Positions 62,564-64,000 of a DNA stretch of 64,000 bases are shown here, in pieces. Under the pieces are notes generated by a model, which was not told where the DNA came from, did not search any database, and was given only the letters and a program-made list of their open reading frames with translations. The first letter of the stretch is position 1. Each line of letters starts with the position of its first letter. The position numbers were made by a program, and so were the translations under genes. The stretch spans positions 15,686,001 to 15,750,000 of the forward strand of contig JBHGNT010000004.1 in NCBI GenBank assembly GCA_043228905.1, written 5' to 3'. Source of the DNA: Azolla caroliniana. Its lineage: Eukaryota; Plantae; Polypodiophyta.

Positions 62564-64000
62564 ACGTAGTGTGCGAATTACACTACGACAACGTGAATCG
62601 GCGTGGCTTGTCATTTGCGGATTCTAGGGGTTTCTTCACGCCGTCGGTGTGGATGTCATGGCCTTCGAACTCACTGTCGAGATCAAAATGATCTTCATAC
62701 TCCTGCATTTTCGCCTTGCCTTTGTCTAGAAGTGAACTTGGCCGAGATGTGCTTTGATCACTTGGGGGCTCTTGTGGTGCACTTAGCCATGTCGAAATTG
62801 GACTTTCTTCGTGCATATGCGTGAGACGATCTTCGGCTTCTATTCTTATTTCGGTGTCATCCACGTTGAGCAGAGTCGAAGTATTCTCTGGTGCATACCA
62901 GGATGCAGACTTGTCGAAGACTACGTCTCGACTGATACAAACTTTTCGGGTAGATGGGTTGTAGCATTTGTACCCGTTTTGTTCGAGCGAGTATCCCATG
63001 AGCATACATTTCTCCGACTTTGGATCAAGCTTTTGCTGCGTGTCGTCGGGAAAATGTGGACATGCGATAAGTTCGGCTTCTTCTCGAAAAACTTCTCATG
63101 CGGAGTTATGTCGTGTACTCTTGAGGTTGTGCACCTGTTCATGAGGTATACGGTTGTATTCGCCGCTTCTGCCTAGTATGATTTCAACAGATTCTTCTCA
63201 TTCATCATGACTATGTGGCGGTTTTTACGCTCAACTACGCCGTTTTGTTGAGGTGTATGTTGACACGACAACTCTCGTCGGATTCCTTCCTTGCGGAGAT
63301 GCGATGAGAACTCATCCAAAAAATATTGTTTGCCTCCATCAGTTCATAGGCAACGTACATGTCGTCTTGTGGCTTTTCCCACTTCGTCTTTGAAGTTCTG
63401 GAAGTGCTCGAACACTTCACTCTTTTGCTTCATCGGATAAATCCAGGTATTTCTAGAGAAGTCGTCGATGAACGTGACATAGTAACGGCATCCGCCGAAA
63501 GTAGCTGTTTGGCCTGGTTCCCACACATCTGAATGTATGACATCCAGGATCCCTTTGCTTACATTCTGCTCTTTGGGGAATGGATGACGACGTTACTTTC
63601 CGAATTGGCATGCTTCGCACATGCTCGTGATCTCCTTTGCCGTAAAGTTCGGGAGTCCGATTACGGCTCCTTTTGTCTACATGTTCTGAAGCTTCTGGAG
63701 ATTGATGTGGCCGATTCTCTTGTGCCACAATTTCAAGTCAGTTTCGACTTTCTGGCCCTTTGCGTACATAGCAAACTTTTCTCGACTCGAGGATGAACAT
63801 ATGACCTTCTCGTCTACCGTGAGGTACGATTTGATCACCTTTTTCAATGAAGCACCCATCGTTGTTGAAGCGTACCTACATTCCTTGTTCTACAATCTGG
63901 CCGACCGAGACCAGATTTTTCGTGATGGTGGGAACATGCAATACATTCTTGAGGTAGGTCTGTTTGCCGTTGTTTCCGAATGGGACATTCCCAATCTGTT

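Larger units (their letters stand above)
51799..62590 (-). mobile_element. Longer L700-family solo LTR, interrupted by the Sola1-like element and by an inverted L700 copy
   Basis: Starts TGTTGTGCC, ends CACTACGACA; flanks GCGT/ACGT; removing both inserts restores ...TTTCACGTAGTGT..ACACTACGACA as at 4127-4157; CCGGTT-rich repeats on both sides of the Sola insert. Confidence 0.75.
26288..64000 (-). mobile_element. Outer Ty1/Copia ('Copia C'), in three pieces: 26288-28481, 51749-51798, 62595-end
   Basis: RNase H/RT ORFs 26749-28352; the minus-strand reading ..DKPRRFT|RDKNPVNRYGDDEYMA|YHYAFMMKVASVREPET rejoins across both insertions; INT and GAG-pre-integrase at 62.6-64 kb; putative 3' LTR TGTTGGGAA..TTCCCAACA 26288-26817 (left end tentative). 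Confidence 0.85.

Overview
A eukaryotic, repeat-dominated land-plant window; a non-seed plant such as a fern is my inference from the transposon repertoire, GT-AG introns and a plastid-derived insert. I found no intact host gene. Contents: (1) a decayed chromovirus Ty3/gypsy (2.3-6.8 kb) split by a solo LTR; (2) a 12.3-kb Sola2-type DNA transposon (7106-19442, GGG termini, TSD AGAT) with a spliced transposase, a RING-H2 accessory gene, a URB2-like captured fragment and a 146-bp intronic satellite; (3) a truncated Copia and a petA/trnF plastid insert; (4) a four-level nest (Copia > dimeric Copia > Tork/Tnt1-like Copia > very young Ty3/gypsy); (5) the main find, a 9.2-kb Sola1-like DNA transposon (52470-61684, 29-bp perfect TIRs, TSD CTTA). 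It carries a DDD-type transposase and, divergently, a 6-exon gene fusing a ParB/Srx-like domain to a beta-class N6A/N4C DNA amino-methyltransferase. Intron 1 of that gene holds nine 25-bp palindromes at an exact 51-bp period. Domain names come from motif recognition by eye, not from database searches.
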